Position numbers and translations under genes: made by a program
Assembly (NCBI RefSeq): GCF_035594765.1
Contig: NW_026943824.1
Coordinates: 7,582,317-7,646,316, forward strand
DNA: 64,000 nt
Direction of reading: 5' to 3'
Origin: Anolis carolinensis
Taxonomy: Eukaryota
Notes under the pieces: model-generated
Told to the model about the DNA's origin: nothing
The model's input: only the letters and a program-made list of their open reading frames with translations
The model's database searches: none
Shown here: one piece after another, positions 63,410 to 64,000 of the stretch
Numbering within the stretch: the first letter of the stretch is position 1
Layout of the letters: each line of letters starts with the position of its first letter

Positions 63410-63980
63410 TCTATATATATAAAAGGATAAAAAAAATTCAGCCTAGGACAAAACAACAAAACTACACATCCCAGAAACACTAAACTTGGCAGCACAACCC
63501 CTCATCCATGCCTCTACGTTCATACAACAAAAAGAAAAGAAAACTAAAGTCCTAATTAGAGGGAGAGGAAGAATTGTTTTTATCCAGTTGCTGCCATTTA
63601 AAAGGCTAAGCTCTGCCCACTTGGTCTCCTAGCAACCCACTCAGCCCAGGGGACAGGCACAGTTAGGCCTCACTTAGGCCTCTTCCCACTGCCTATAAAA
63701 TACAGATTATCTGATTTGAACTGGATTATATGGCAGTGTAGACTCAAGGCCCTTCCACACAGCTATATAACCCATTTTTAATCTTATATTATCTGCTTTG
63801 AATTGGATTATCTTGACTCCACATTGCCATATAATCTACTTCAGTGTGCAGTCGGACACAAGTGGACTTAATGTCAGGAGAAAACCTTTACCCTTTACCT
63901 TAACTACCACCAATTCTTCAATACTTTATTTCCCATACCACCATACTTTGCCACAGCAACGCGTGTCCGGGCACAGCTAG
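63410..63980 (+). mobile_element. Non-autonomous Helitron
   Basis: A|TCTATATAT...gccacagcaacgcgtgtccgggcacagCTAG|T. Confidence 0.78.
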
Positions 63981-64000
63981 TATGTGCATATTTGTGTAAA

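Overview
Vertebrate genomic DNA, not prokaryotic. The repeat content (Sauria SINE, BovB, CR1, Dong/R4, Penelope ends, Tc1 and hAT MITEs, Helitrons) points to a squamate reptile, most likely an Anolis-type lizard. I reconstructed six spliced genes by hand, all with GT-AG introns and consistent phases. In order: the 5' part of ZC3H7A (-), a complete GH27 alpha-N-acetylgalactosaminidase-like gene (+, 7 coding exons, 407 aa), PLA2G10 (+, 4 exons, 167 aa), BFAR (-, 7 coding exons, 451 aa), PTX4 (+, 3 exons, 506 aa) and the first two exons of CLCN7 (+). The most notable item is the NAGA-like gene, which looks like a third vertebrate GH27 paralog: NAGA-type active site, GLA-like C-terminal domain and exon layout, head-to-head with ZC3H7A. 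Other highlights are Penelope-type minimal hammerhead ribozyme motifs (including a tandem pair in sense orientation in ZC3H7A intron 1), a promoter VNTR of NRF1 + CRE/UPRE motifs, a spliced in-frame uORF in BFAR, and a gene order that differs from human 16p13. Gene identities come from recalled human/chicken protein sequences, not database searches. N gaps lie at about 22079-23066, 25519-25648 and 34232-34378.
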